From assembly GCA_964016885.1 (NCBI GenBank), contig OZ024743.1, forward strand, positions 55,738,001-55,802,000: a DNA stretch of 64,000 bases, given 5' to 3'. Below, in pieces: positions 46,624-61,199 of the stretch (positions are counted from its first letter, which is position 1; each line of letters starts with the position of its first letter). The position numbers were made by a program, and so were the translations under genes. The notes below the pieces were generated by a model. That model saw only the letters and a program-made list of their open reading frames with translations. It was not told the DNA's origin and made no database searches. Source of the stretch: Eledone cirrhosa (taxonomy: Eukaryota).

Positions 46624-46852
46624 AAATGTTCGCTCTACATGGCTGAATACAATAAATGTAATCTGAGATTTTCGAATATTAATAATAACATTCGATTCGT
46701 TTGCAATGATCAGTGGATCTGCTAATATGCAGATCTGACTGATCAGCCAGTCTGCTAATATGCAAATCAGGCCGATTAGTCACTGTGTATTTTTGAAAAT
46801 AGCATATATTTTCACTAGCTCTGACAGTTTGGCAGGTGAACAGTGAGCTGTA

Positions 46853-46884
46853 CTGATGAAGGGTGATACCCAGAAACATTAGTG
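46853..46884 (+). ncRNA. Degenerate HHR-like motif
   Basis: CTGATGA-A-GGGT-GAT-ACCC-A-GAAACATT; stem I not evident. Confidence 0.35.
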
Positions 46885-47022
46885 TCTGCAGTTCTGTTCA
46901 CATGCCAACACAAGAGCAAGAATGAAGGGTTCATTCTACTGACATGGCTATAAAATTGAAGCTTGTTTGCAAAATTGCAAACGAATCGAATGTTATTTTC
47001 GAAAAACTCAGATTACAGTTAT

Positions 47023-47095
<73 letters not shown>

Positions 47096-47195
47096 ACAAA
47101 TTTAAATATATATATATATATATATATGTGTGCGAGGGGGGGGGGATGTATGTATATATATATATATGTGTTTATATATATATATATATATATGC

Positions 47196-47636
47196 AAAAG
47201 TTTTATTTAAATTGTTGGGATACAACAAGCAAATATTTTTATAACTGATATAAAGCACTCGACAAATATTTGGAGTAGATATACGATATTAATAAATGGA
47301 AACTATATTTATAAAACCATATTTATTTCATTATATATATTTCAAGGATACCAAGTTACATTATGGTATGCCTTCATCAGACAAAATACAATATATAACA
47401 GTTTTATAAATAGACATTGACGTACCCCCTTTAAAAATTGACCGTTGTTTTTGGAGGCCTCCAAAAACAACGGTCAATTTTTAAAGGGGGTACGTCAATG
47501 TCTATTTATAAAACTGTTATATATTGTATTTTGTCTGATGAAGGCATACCATAATGTAACTTGGTATCCTTGAAATATATATAATGAAATAAATATGGTT
47601 TTATAAATATAGTTTCCATTTATTAATATCGTATAT
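47196..47636. mobile_element. Fold-back HHR element: 358-bp loopless palindrome (47279-47636) plus ~83-bp tail
   Basis: 179-bp arms centred on GGAGG|CCTCC, no mismatch seen; flanked by (TA)n. Confidence 0.93.
47527..47591 (+). ncRNA. Type I hammerhead ribozyme (mirror copy at 47324-47388, minus strand)
   Basis: TATTTTGT-CTGATGA-AGGcATACCA..TGGTATcCTT-GAA-ATATATAT-A-ATGAAATA. Confidence 0.85.
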
Positions 47637-47650
47637 ATATATATATATAT

Positions 47651-48377
47651 ATTTTGCAATACACTGTATGCTTAATTGAAAGCATTTTGAAGACCATACG
47701 CTATTGTTTTAAAATAGTGACAATGTCACTTATTTAAATCCTCAGCAAACAGGGGAGATACACTGACAGAGCTCTGTTTCGTACTTTTTGGTACTTATCA
47801 AAGTTCACTACCCCTCCTGTTTGCTGAAAATTATGTGTGTTGGATGCTTATAGAATTCCAGTAATAATCAGGAACTGATTATACAGAGCGGTCGCCGGTC
47901 CAGCAAAAATTGAAAATTAGAATTGGTGCTCTGAAATAGCGATATATATATATGAATGTCTATACAGTGTATTTTGCAATACACTGTATGCTTAATTAAA
48001 AGCATTTTGAAGACCATACGTTATTCTTTTAAAATAGTGACAATGTCACTTATTTAAATCGTCCTATGTCGCTATTTCAGAGCACCAATACTAATTTTCA
48101 ATTTCTGCTGAACCGGCGACTACTCTGAATAATCAATTCCTGATTATTACTGGAATTCTATAAGAATCCAACACACATAATTTTAAGCAAACAGGAGGGG
48201 TAGTGAACTTTGATAAGTACCAAAAAGTACGAAACAGAGCTCTGTCAGTTTATCTCCCCTGTTTGCTGAGGATTTAAATAAGTGACATTGTCACTATTTT
48301 AAAACAATAGCGTATGGTCTTCAAAATGCTTTTAATTAAGCATACACTGTATTGCAAAATACACTATATATACATTC

Positions 48378-48385
<8 letters not shown>
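47651..48385. mobile_element. Tripartite HHR element: ~290-bp copy (-), partial tandem copy (-), inverted copy (+)
   Basis: 47651-47942 is approximately the reverse complement of 48069-48360; 47970-48060 directly repeats 47651-47740. Confidence 0.9.
48186..48267 (+). ncRNA. Hammerhead ribozyme with U3-A8 core (mirror copy at 47744-47825, minus strand)
   Basis: AGCAAACAGG..GAACT-TTGATAA-GTAC-caaaaa-GTAC-GAA-ACAGAGCTCTGT-C-AGTTT..CCTGTTTGCT. Confidence 0.85.
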
Positions 48386-48998
<613 letters not shown>

Positions 48999-49071
48999 CA
49001 AGTAAATGACAAAACAGAGGTACAAAATGTTTTATTAGTTTCATGCTTTATATGGAAAAAGCGACAGAAAT

Positions 49072-49104
49072 TTCGACGTGTCGAGCTGTAGCCCTCTTCA
49101 GGAG
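49072..49104 (-). ncRNA. Degenerate PLE-type HHR
   Basis: CTC-CTGAAGA-GGGC-TACA-GCTC-GAC-ACGT-C-GA; GAA mutated to GAC. Confidence 0.55.
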
Positions 49105-50187
49105 TACAAAAAGAAAGACAGGATTTTAAAGGATAGATACAGAAAATGAAAGGTAGTCCGTAGTAAAAAAACGAAAATTTATATAATAGGAATTTAGATT
49201 GATATAATGGTAGATACATAGAAGCTCCTGCAATTATTTCGACCTCGTTATTCATAATTGCTTAATAAAAATAAGTGCTAAAAAAAATTTATCAGGGCAA
49301 ACTCCAGAACGAAAATCATCATGGAGCAACAATATCCGGATAGAACGTAACATGGCGCAAAATCAAAGAAAATAAGTAGTTTGACAGTTTAAAAAAGAAA
49401 CGTTAAAATACTAACATTTCAAAATCGCCTGGTCTGTAGTTTCATGAAAATACTTGCTAATTACAATTGGAAATCCATAATCAGCGAAGTTAGGACTAAA
49501 TGAATTTCATCAGATAATGTATGCGTTTATGTGTGTTTATGAGTATGTATGGGTCTGTGTGTCTGTGTGTATGATTGTGTAATTTCTTGTGTGTGTGTTT
49601 GTGAGTGTGTGTGACTGCGTATGTGTGAATGTGTGTGTGTGTCACTCTGCGTGTGTGTGGGGGAGAGAGTATGTACATGTGTGTATGCGTGTGTATGTCT
49701 GTGTATATGCGTGAGTGTGTGTGTGTGTGTGTGAGTGTGTATGTCTGTGTGTGTGTGCGCGCGCGTGTGTGTGCGCGTGTGTGAGTGTGTTTATATGTGT
49801 GTGCATGTGTACTTGTGCGTGTGTGTGTGTATGTATGTGTGTGACTGTGTGTGTGTGTGTGTGTGTGGCTTTGTACGTCTGAGTGTGCGTATGTGTGTGT
49901 GTGTGTGTGTATACGTGTGTGTGTTAAATAAATATATATATATTTTAATCTTTAAGTAAACGATCTATTCGCTCGTTGTTGTATTTCAGAGTCTTATTAA
50001 TAAACACTGACATTTTGATAAACTGTTATCCAATAGTCATGGCCGCTGCCGGAAAAATAAACATGCTTACAAGAAACTTTAATACTTACATTTATTACTA
50101 ATGACCTTTTATACTCTCTACAAAATACTGGCTCCATCCCAAGCCCTCACACGTAACTATTCAATAGATTCAATACCACCACAACCT

Positions 50188-50232
<45 letters not shown>

Positions 50233-50291
50233 TTCTTCTTCTTCTTCTTCTTCTTCTTCTTCTTCTTCTTCTTCTTCTTCTTCTTCTTCTT

Positions 50292-50324
<33 letters not shown>

Positions 50325-50444
50325 ATATATAGTGTTTCTTTAGCCAGAGCATGTCGTAAACATGTTGTACAGTGCTTCCGGCCAAAACGTGCGGCACATA
50401 TTAACTTACAATAATTGAAACTTGATTTATGCACTGGGCGCAGA

Positions 50445-50630
50445 GCCGGCGGTACCATTAAAGCCAACTAGGTAACCACTTGTGACTCAGGGACTTCGTT
50501 ACCATTAAGGTCAAATAGGTAACTGCCTAAGGGCACAGTGTCGGCGTTACCACTAAAGAAGGTCAGCTAGACGGCTGCCAAAGGCGAAGGGCGGACGTTA
50601 CCATTAAGCCAGCGAGATAGTCGTCTGGGG
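50445..50630. repeat. Four degenerate ~45-55 bp tandem units beginning CGTTACCATTAA
   Basis: CG(G/T)TACCA(T/C)TAA...CA...AG recurs; may be subterminal repeats of a MITE. Confidence 0.6.
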
Positions 50631-51469
50631 TGCTTTATTGAATCTTAAAGAATCACAGTTTTATACAATTCTTTTTTACAATTAAATTAAATATATGATA
50701 ATTTCTTGTGATCAATAAATCAATCGCTAGATATCTTTACTGCGTGGTGGTGTCGGGGTAATATCAAAAGCAGTAGAGAAGGTGAATGTGGACTGTGTAG
50801 TGAAAAATATAGTAATTTTCTCAGTGCCGACAGAGTATGCATTGATGGTCCGGTAACTCCTGGTAGAGTCATCGGGGCCATGTTGACATACAGCCTTTCT
50901 AGGACAATCTTTAAAGCCCGGCAGAGCCCATTACATCTCCAGTTCTGAATACAGCAGGTTTCTTCCAGAGAACGATACAAAGTGGTTGAGAGGAAGTGAG
51001 AAAGAGATATAGAAGAAGAATCGACCGTAATACTTGACATATCTTTTTTTATCGACCTCAAAAGGATGAAAGGTAAAGTTGACCTCGGCGGGATTTGAAC
51101 TCAGAGAGTTCAGAGAGCCGAAAAAGTGCAAGAAGGGTAAAAAAACTAAGTTTGTTAGTGGTGTTAGTGGTGGAGTTGGTGTTGATGGTGTTTGTGCTGA
51201 TGGTGCTGTTGGTGCTGATGGTGCTGCTGTTGTTGTTGTTGTTGCTATTCTTGTTGTTAGTAGTAGTAGTGGTGGTGGTGGTGGCGGTGGTGGCGGTGGT
51301 AGTGGTGTTTCTGCTAGTGGTAGTGGGGTGTCATTAGAGTGTTGGTGTGTGTTGCTATTTTAGGTGTGATATTTGTGATGATGATGATGAGGAGGTGGAG
51401 GTGGAGGTGGAGGAAAATGAGGAGTTGAATGAGGCGAAAGAAGAGGAGGGGTGGAGGAGGGGACTGTAA

Positions 51470-51501
<32 letters not shown>

Positions 51502-51534
51502 AAGATGATACTGTTAGTTGCAATATAGATGGAT

Positions 51535-52276
51535 GTAGTGGGTATTGGTGGTGTGTAGGTAGTGGTGGTGTGTAGGTAGTGGTGGTGTGTAGGTAGTGGT
51601 GGTGTGTTGGTAGTGGTGGTGTGTTGGTAGTGGTGGTGTGTTGGTAGTGGTGGTGTGTTGGTAGTGGTGGTGTGTTGGTAGTGGTGGTGTGTTGGTAGTG
51701 GTGGTGTGGAGGTGATACAGTTACATACAAACATTTACATAGACACTCCGACCACACTATCACACTGTTTCTTCATGTGTGACACACACACATCCACACA
51801 CACACATCCACACACACACACACACACACACACATACAGACACACACACGCACGCACACACACACAGACACACACACGCACGCACCCACACATATACACA
51901 CACGCGCACACACAGACACACGCACGCACGAACACATAGACACACACACACACACACAGACACACGCACGCACGCACACATACACACACACACACGCACA
52001 TGCACGCACATAGACACACACACGCACGCACACATGCACAGACACACACACGCTCACACAGACACGCACGCACACATAGACACACGCACACAGACACACA
52101 CACGCACGCACACATGCACAGACACACACACGCACACACACACACACACACGCACGCCCACACACGTACACACACGCACACACACACACATGCACAGACA
52201 CACACACAGACTATGTTGTTACTGTTTTGTGTGACGTAGCCACCGTCGCAATCAGACACACAAACATACACAAAGG

Positions 52277-52317
<41 letters not shown>

Positions 52318-53060
52318 TCGCATACACGCACATACACACTGACATACACAAATACACTGGCACATCCACAGACATAGATACACACAGACACACACATACA
52401 CACACAGACACACACTAATACACACACACATACACATAGACACACATTGATACACACACATGCAGATACAAACATTGACATACACAAATACACAGGCATA
52501 CACACAGACATAGGCTCACACAGATACACACAAACAAACACAGACACATATATAGATACACACACTGATACACACACACACACACAAACATACACATATA
52601 TACATGAAGACATGCATTGACACAAACAAACACACACACACACACCAGATACACACACTCGTATACAAAAGAGACAAGCACAGACACAGATATATATGTA
52701 CACAGACACACACAGACACACACATAGAGACAGAGACACACAGACACACACATACAAACAGAGACACACAGACACACAGACACACACATACAAACAGAGA
52801 CACATCTTGACATACACAAAGACACTGGCACAGACACAGGCACAGACACAGACACACACACAGACACAAACACACACACACCGACACACACACACACACA
52901 TTGACATACACATTGACATACACAAAGACACTGAACAGACACACACACACACACACACACATTGACATACACATTGACATACACAAAGACACTGGAACAG
53001 ACACACACACACACACACACATTGACATACACATTGACATACACAAAGACACTGGAACAG

Positions 53061-53092
<32 letters not shown>

Positions 53093-53430
53093 ATACACAT
53101 TGACATACACAAAGACACTGGAATAGACACAGACACACTGACACATTGACACTGACACAGACACAGCTATAGATACACACAGACACACAGACACACACAT
53201 ACAAACACAGAGACACACATTAACATACACAAAGACACAGACACACACATACAAACACAGAGACACACACATATTAATATACACAAAGACACAGACACTC
53301 ACAGACACACACATACAAACACAGAGACACACATTAACATACACAAAGACACAGACATACAGACACACACAGACACACACATAGAGACGCACACATTGAC
53401 ATACACAAAGACAGAGACACACAGACAGAC
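51535..53430. repeat. 17-bp GGTAGTGGTGGTGTGT(A/T) minisatellite followed by a long CA-rich degenerate tract
   Basis: Visible. Confidence 0.9.
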
Positions 53431-53622
53431 CAGTGTTTCATCATATCTAGCAGTAATTGCTACCGTCATTGTCCATTTACAGAGTGTAACTCATTTCTCT
53501 CCCAAGTGTCTCATCTAATTCCCTAATGAATATATCATTACCCACACCACCTACTCTCTTTTTCCCCTCTCCTTTCTTTAATGCCACTCTCTCTATGTAT
53601 ATACACACATATTATATATATA

Positions 53623-53679
<57 letters not shown>

Positions 53680-53853
53680 ACATATATGTTTATAAATATC
53701 TATATATAACTACATACACACACATGTATGTGTTTGTGTTTGTGTATATATCTATATATCTATATATATATATGTATATATACATAATATACATACATAT
53801 ATACATATGTATGTGTATATATATATATATGTGTGTGTGTTTGTGTGTGTGTA

Positions 53854-53894
<41 letters not shown>

Positions 53895-54267
53895 ATATAT
53901 ATACATATATATACATATATACATATATGTGTGGGTGTGTATACACATATATATATATATATATACAATGTTTACTATACCTTTCATTTATATATATATA
54001 TATATGCTGCTTGTTATTTTTCAGTCTTCAACTTGATATCTTTCTTTGCCGAGCACTTGGCACTCACTCTGGAAATATTTTCACTATCTCATTAAGATAG
54101 GATTTATTTCTCGGTTGCATATAAACAGTTTTGCTTCGTTCACCTTGTACATCCCAGTCGCTTTACATTTAGTCCCTCAGTGCTGACTGCTGTTTGTAGC
54201 AAATGGTTACGAGACCCTTTCACTAGTTACACCGGCTGAAGAGGCAAGTAGTCTCTGAAACATATAG

Positions 54268-54982
<715 letters not shown>

Positions 54983-55011
54983 ATATATATATATATTGTT
55001 AGACTTTGGGA

Positions 55012-56250
55012 GGGTCATGTTGTCAATAACAACACACGCCCCTGCTGGTTTTCACTTCAATTTATTATAAATTTCCGGTTGGTTGGTTCGATAACCGGAA
55101 GGTTGTTTATATATTGTCAAACCTCTTTCGTCACACATTCTGTGACCTCCTCAGTGACTAGATTTTTATTTTGTGTGTCTCTCCTTTGTTCTGTCCTGCA
55201 CCATCTTGTTTTGTGTGTTGTGTGTTGTGTGTTGTGTGTTGTGTGCTGTGTGCTCAGTTTGCGCACGCACCACATCCTGGTGTGTGTGTGGGCCTTTACA
55301 TATGTGTTTATTTATTTGCGCAATGTGCATCAATACCACCCCTAGAGGCGAACTAGCTTATACATTTAGAAGGGCCCCAGAGAAGCTCAAATTAAATATT
55401 AAGATAGTTGAAAGACCAGGTATTCCCATATAAACCCTAATTGGCAAAACAAACCCATTTCAAAGATCCCCCTGTGCTGATAGGAAATGCATAGTTTGCA
55501 AGCTAAGCCACAAATTAACTGCAAAACTAGGAACGTGGTATATGGCATAAGATGTACTGAGGGACAGTGTAGGAATAAGGATATAACATACATAGCTGAA
55601 ACAATCTGTAGCACAGGAGAAAGAATAAGTAAACACTGGCGAGAGCTCCAGGTTGGAAAAAACTCATCAGTATTCCACCAACATGCCAAAATAAAACATA
55701 GGGGCACATTAGAGAACACACAGAAACGATGCAATGCTTGGACAAATGACGGAGGCAAGAAATATAAACGAATTCCAACTAAAATTAAACAGAGAGCATT
55801 TGTGGAATAGCAACACCACAAGTAGTAATTAAGGACGGACTGAAGACATAGAGACACACATGGAGACCAAACTAACAAAACAAATCAGACACATACCGAT
55901 AGAACAAACAACCGGCTAGTGACAAATAACTACACACATAAATGAATAAAGGCACACACACACACACACACACACTCACACACACACGCGCGCGCGCGCG
56001 CGGATGTGGCGCGTGCGCAAACTAAGCACACAACACACAACGCACAAAAACAAGATGGTGCAGGACAGAACAAAGGAGAAATACACAAAATAAAAACCCA
56101 GTCAGTGAGGAGGTCACAGCATGTGTGACGAAAAAGCTTTGACAATATATAAACAACCTTCCGGTTATCGGACCAGCCAACCAACCGGAGATTTATAATA
56201 AATTGAAGTGAAAATTTGGGGTGCGTGTGTTTTTATTGACAACATGACCC
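55012..56250 (+). mobile_element. 5'-truncated PLE with GIY-YIG remnant and inverted pLTRs, each carrying an HHR
   Basis: INCKTRNVVYGIRC...TYIAET...ERISKH; 55012-55305 inverted relative to 55933-56250; HHRs at 55116-55158 (-) and 56101-56143 (+). Confidence 0.9.
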
Positions 56251-56307
56251 AGTTTCAACACACGTTTTCAAGTAAGAAATCTCGCAAAACAAATAAAAAA
56301 ACGAATT

Positions 56308-56352
<45 letters not shown>

Positions 56353-57356
56353 CATACATACACGCGAGGCTTCTACAGTGTCTGTCGACTAAATCTCACC
56401 CACAAGGCAAAGTTTAACCTATGCCATATAGTGGGTCTAAGCCCGAAACAATGTGGTGGTGAGGCGAACTAAATAACCACGCAGGCGTAGGTGTGCGTAT
56501 GGGGAAATTTGAGAGAGTTTCGGCTGCTATGTTTAGCAGTTAAAGGGACCTTGTAACGAGCTCCTTGTTGTAGTATGTAACAAGATAAAGGGGCTTTAAC
56601 TCCTGATGTAGTCGTATGGGTAACATCCTGACAAACGGCGTGTCTTAGGTATTCTAAAACTGACGGAGCCCATCCTTCTCTAAGTAGGATCAGAGCCGAC
56701 TTCTTCTAGAGAAAGAAAAAGTGAAGAATAATCAGTCTCAGCACTTTACTGGTACTTTATTTATCGACCTCAAATAGATGAAGGCCAAAGTTGACCTCGG
56801 CATGATTTGAACAAAGAGTACAGTGAGCCAGAACAAATAGCAAGTTATTCTAATCAGATCCCCTTACAACTTCGCTAATTTTCCGCCTTGTAATATGTAG
56901 ATATAGTTTATATTACACTGTGGACACTAAAGTCATTAACTTAAAATTATGTTTTTCTAATTCACTAAATAATCATGGAATCTTCAAAGAAATATTCTCT
57001 GTCATGTAGTACTTGATTAATGCTATACTTAAGTTCCATATATCAGTCTGTCTATGTCTACCTATCAATCTATCTATCTATTTATCTACCTACCTACTAT
57101 TTAACTATCCATCTATTTACTATGTATGTATGTATGTATGTATGTATGTATGTATGTATGTATGTATGTATGTATGTATGTACGTATGTATGTATGTATG
57201 TATGTATGTATGTATGTATGTATGTATGTATGTATGTATGTATGTACGTATGTATGTACGTATGTATGTATCTATTTATCTATTTATCTATCTATCTGTC
57301 TGTTTGTCTGTATGTCTATCTATCAATCTATCTACCTTCTCGTCTCGGCATATATG

Positions 57357-57393
<37 letters not shown>

Positions 57394-58129
57394 ATAGAGA
57401 GAGAGGGAGAGGTGTATCCGTCTGTCTATCATTACATCAGCCAGTCTGTCTGTCTGTCAGCGTATATATTTTGACAGAATCTAGGGTACATTTTTGCCAT
57501 TTATCTTTCTGCTTCCAAAATAATAAATTTGCATGTGTTTCTGAAAATGATTTACAACTGACGATGTAAAGAGAAACGAAATTTTCAGCAATTACTCATT
57601 ATTCGTAATGGGAGCTATGAAACTAATATTTCGCACATTTTTCACTTACATCTTTTCCTGCCACTCTTCTTTGACTTTCACAAAGAATAAAACTAAACAA
57701 AACGCATCATAAAGCAATACTAAACAAAAATTAAACAATTTTAGGTGTTTTCTTACTCATTTTCAAATAGTTAATGCCTACTCTTTCGGTAAAATGCTTT
57801 AACCCTGTTTGATAAATCGCTCGAACGTCTTGAAGACACTTAATAAAAATGGAGTACTGAACGCCTAAATTTGATTAATTTCTACAGAAAGAAAAACGAA
57901 TAAGAAATCCGATAAGGTGTTTACTTGAAACAAGGAATCGTTTCTTCTTTCTGGCGTCGCTCGCAGGAGTATTGTAAAGCGAGCTAATAATATACGTATT
58001 TTATTTCATTCGTTCTCTAACGAGCTCTACCTACCCACTCTTTCCCTTTCCATCTCTGTCTCTTTCTCTAAATAGTTCTCTCTACCTACTCTCTCAGTTT
58101 CCCTTCTCCTTTCCCCGCTTTCTCTGATA

Positions 58130-58970
58130 AAATCTATCCACCCACTCTCTCCTCTCTCTCCTTCCTCTCCCCCTCTCTATCTCATTCTCTGGTAAACTCT
58201 ATCAACCCACTCTCTCCTCTCTCTCCTTCCTCTCCCCCTTTCTATCTCATTCTCTGGTAAACTCTATCAACCCACTCTCTCCTCTCTCTCCTTCCTCTCC
58301 CCCTTTCTATCTCATTCTCTGGTAAACTCTATCAACCCATTCTCTCCTCTCTCTCTCTCCTTCCTCTCCCCCTTTCTATCTCATTCTCTGGTAAACTCTA
58401 TCCACCAACTCTCTCCTCTCTCTCTCTCCTTCCTCTCCCCCTTTCTATCTCATTCTCTGGTAAACTCTATCCACCAACTCTCTCCTCTCTCTCTCCTTCC
58501 TCTCCCCCTCTCTATCTCATTCTCTGGTAAACTCTATCAACCCACTCTCTCCTCTCTCTCTCTCTCCTTCCTCTCCCCCTCTCTATCTCATTCTCTGGTA
58601 AACTCTATCAACCCACTCTCTCCTCTCTCTCTCTCTCCTTCCTCTCCCCCCTCTATCTCATTCTCTGGTAAACTCGATCAACCCATTCTCTCCTCTCTCT
58701 CTCTCTCCTTCCTCTCCCCCTTTCTATCTCATTCTCTGGTAAACTCTATCCACCAACTCTCTCCTCTCTCTCTCCTTCCTCTCCCCCTCTCTATCTCATT
58801 CTCTGGTAAACTCTATCAACCCACTCTCTCCCCTCTCTCTCTCTCCTTCCTCTCCCCCCTCTATCTCATTCTCTGGTAAACTCTATCAACCCATTCTCTC
58901 CTCTCTCTCTCTCCTTCCTCTCCCCCTTTCTATCTCATTCTCTGGTAAACTCTATCCAACAACTCTCTCC
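58130..58970. repeat. ~57-61 bp pyrimidine-rich minisatellite, about 14 copies
   Basis: CTATCTCATTCTCTGGTAAACTCTATC(A/C)ACC unit with variable (CT)n. Confidence 0.95.
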
Positions 58971-59164
58971 TTTTCTCTCTTCTTTCTCTCCCCATTCCGT
59001 GCTCTTTCTCTTGCATGTTATACTTATACAATCAAGTAACATACTCGTTTTAAACGTTTGTAATTGAGCTGCCAATATCTTATGTAATTGCCGTCTATTT
59101 GTCTTCCCTTCTTCCTCTCCATCTACACATCCCATCTCCCATTCTCTGTCGTTATTTATGTGTG

Positions 59165-59345
59165 ATGGCGGTTGATTGGCAGTATCGGTAGAGGGTCGGA
59201 CGCCATGCTTTGACTCATAGAGTTACGGCCCTTTCCATTCTGAATTCAACTTTGCCTTTCATCCTTACGAGGTCGATAAAATAAAGTACCAGTAATGCAC
59301 TGGGTAATTGCTGGCTCTGTGCCAAAAGAAGAAACAATTATTTAT
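59165..59345 (+). mobile_element. SINE with Meta/Nin-like domain
   Basis: Matches 22770-22985. Confidence 0.85.
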
Positions 59346-59449
59346 GTGTGTAGCACCTAATACCCCTCCCCCACGCATAAACCTTGGTCAAGTGTCTTTT
59401 ACTATAGCCGAGTTGACCAATAACGTTGGTTGACGGATATATATATATA

Positions 59450-59750
59450 TAAAAGCACTCTACAAAGAAGTTTTCTGGAGTTATTAATATTATTCAAAAT
59501 ATTAATAAAAGAAGACAATCACATAATCAAAATATATGTTTTATTATATATATTTCGAAGGTACTGTCCTGTTTTTTCAGTACATCCTCGTCAGATAAAA
59601 TACACGAATTGATGTATGACATACCTCAACTGTTTTGATGGTTCAATTCCAGTATTGGCAGTACTACCAACAGTACCTTCGAAATATATATAATAAAACA
59701 TATATTTTGATTATGTGAATGTCTTCATTTATTAATATTTTGAATATATA
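59450..59750. mobile_element. Fold-back HHR element of the 38639 family
   Basis: Minus-strand HHR at 59539-59600: TTTTAT-CTGACGA-GGAtGTACTG..CAGTACcTTC-GAA-ATATATAT-A-ATAAAA; inverted arm at 59670-59750. Confidence 0.88.
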
Positions 59751-59777
59751 TATATATAATGTATGTATGTATATATG

Positions 59778-60605
<828 letters not shown>

Positions 60606-60684
60606 TTGCTATCGTGTGTGTATAGATATGTTTATGTGTGTGCGTGTGTGTGTATATATATATGTATATTATTATTGCTGTTGT

Positions 60685-60872
60685 CGTGGATTGGCAGTAT
60701 CGGTAGAGGGTCAGACGCCATGCTTTCCAGCATAGTTACGTCCCTTTACGATCTGAGTTCAAATCCCGCCGTGATTGACTTTGCCTTTCATCCTTACGGG
60801 GTCGATAAAATAAAGTACCAGTAATTCACTGAGTAATTGGTGGCTTTGTGCCTAAAGTAGAAACAATTATTG
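60685..60872 (+). mobile_element. SINE with Meta/Nin-like domain
   Basis: Matches 22770-22985. Confidence 0.85.
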
Positions 60873-60931
60873 CTGTTGTTGTCGTTATTATTATTGTTGT
60901 TGCTATTATTATTATTATTGTTATTATTATG

Positions 60932-60982
60932 TTTTTTTTTCCTCGTGCAATGGCCATACTCGATAACGAGGGGGCAGCCATC

Positions 60983-60984
<2 letters not shown>
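60932..60984 (-). mobile_element. Short A-tailed copy of the module 5' hairpin
   Basis: Reverse complement ATGATGGCTGCCCCCTCGTTATCGAGTATGGCCATTGCACGA is identical to 10349-10390, followed by GG(A)9. Confidence 0.75.
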
Positions 60985-61017
<33 letters not shown>

Positions 61018-61199
61018 GGTGTGGGTGTGTTGTTTGTACATATACATACAGTATATGCATGAGCAAGACACTTTATTTCACGCTGCTTCTACTTGGGATT
61101 GCGACTGATAGATAGTATTAGCAATTGGAAAGACCAATGGAAACATTGTTTGGTTGGTTTTCGCTTCTGTATCTTTTATATCAGTTAATTTATTCGGTC

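Noticed and set aside
58130-58970. CRISPR-like regular repeat
   Set aside because: Intervening sequences are not unique spacers; it is a tandem minisatellite in eukaryotic DNA with no cas genes
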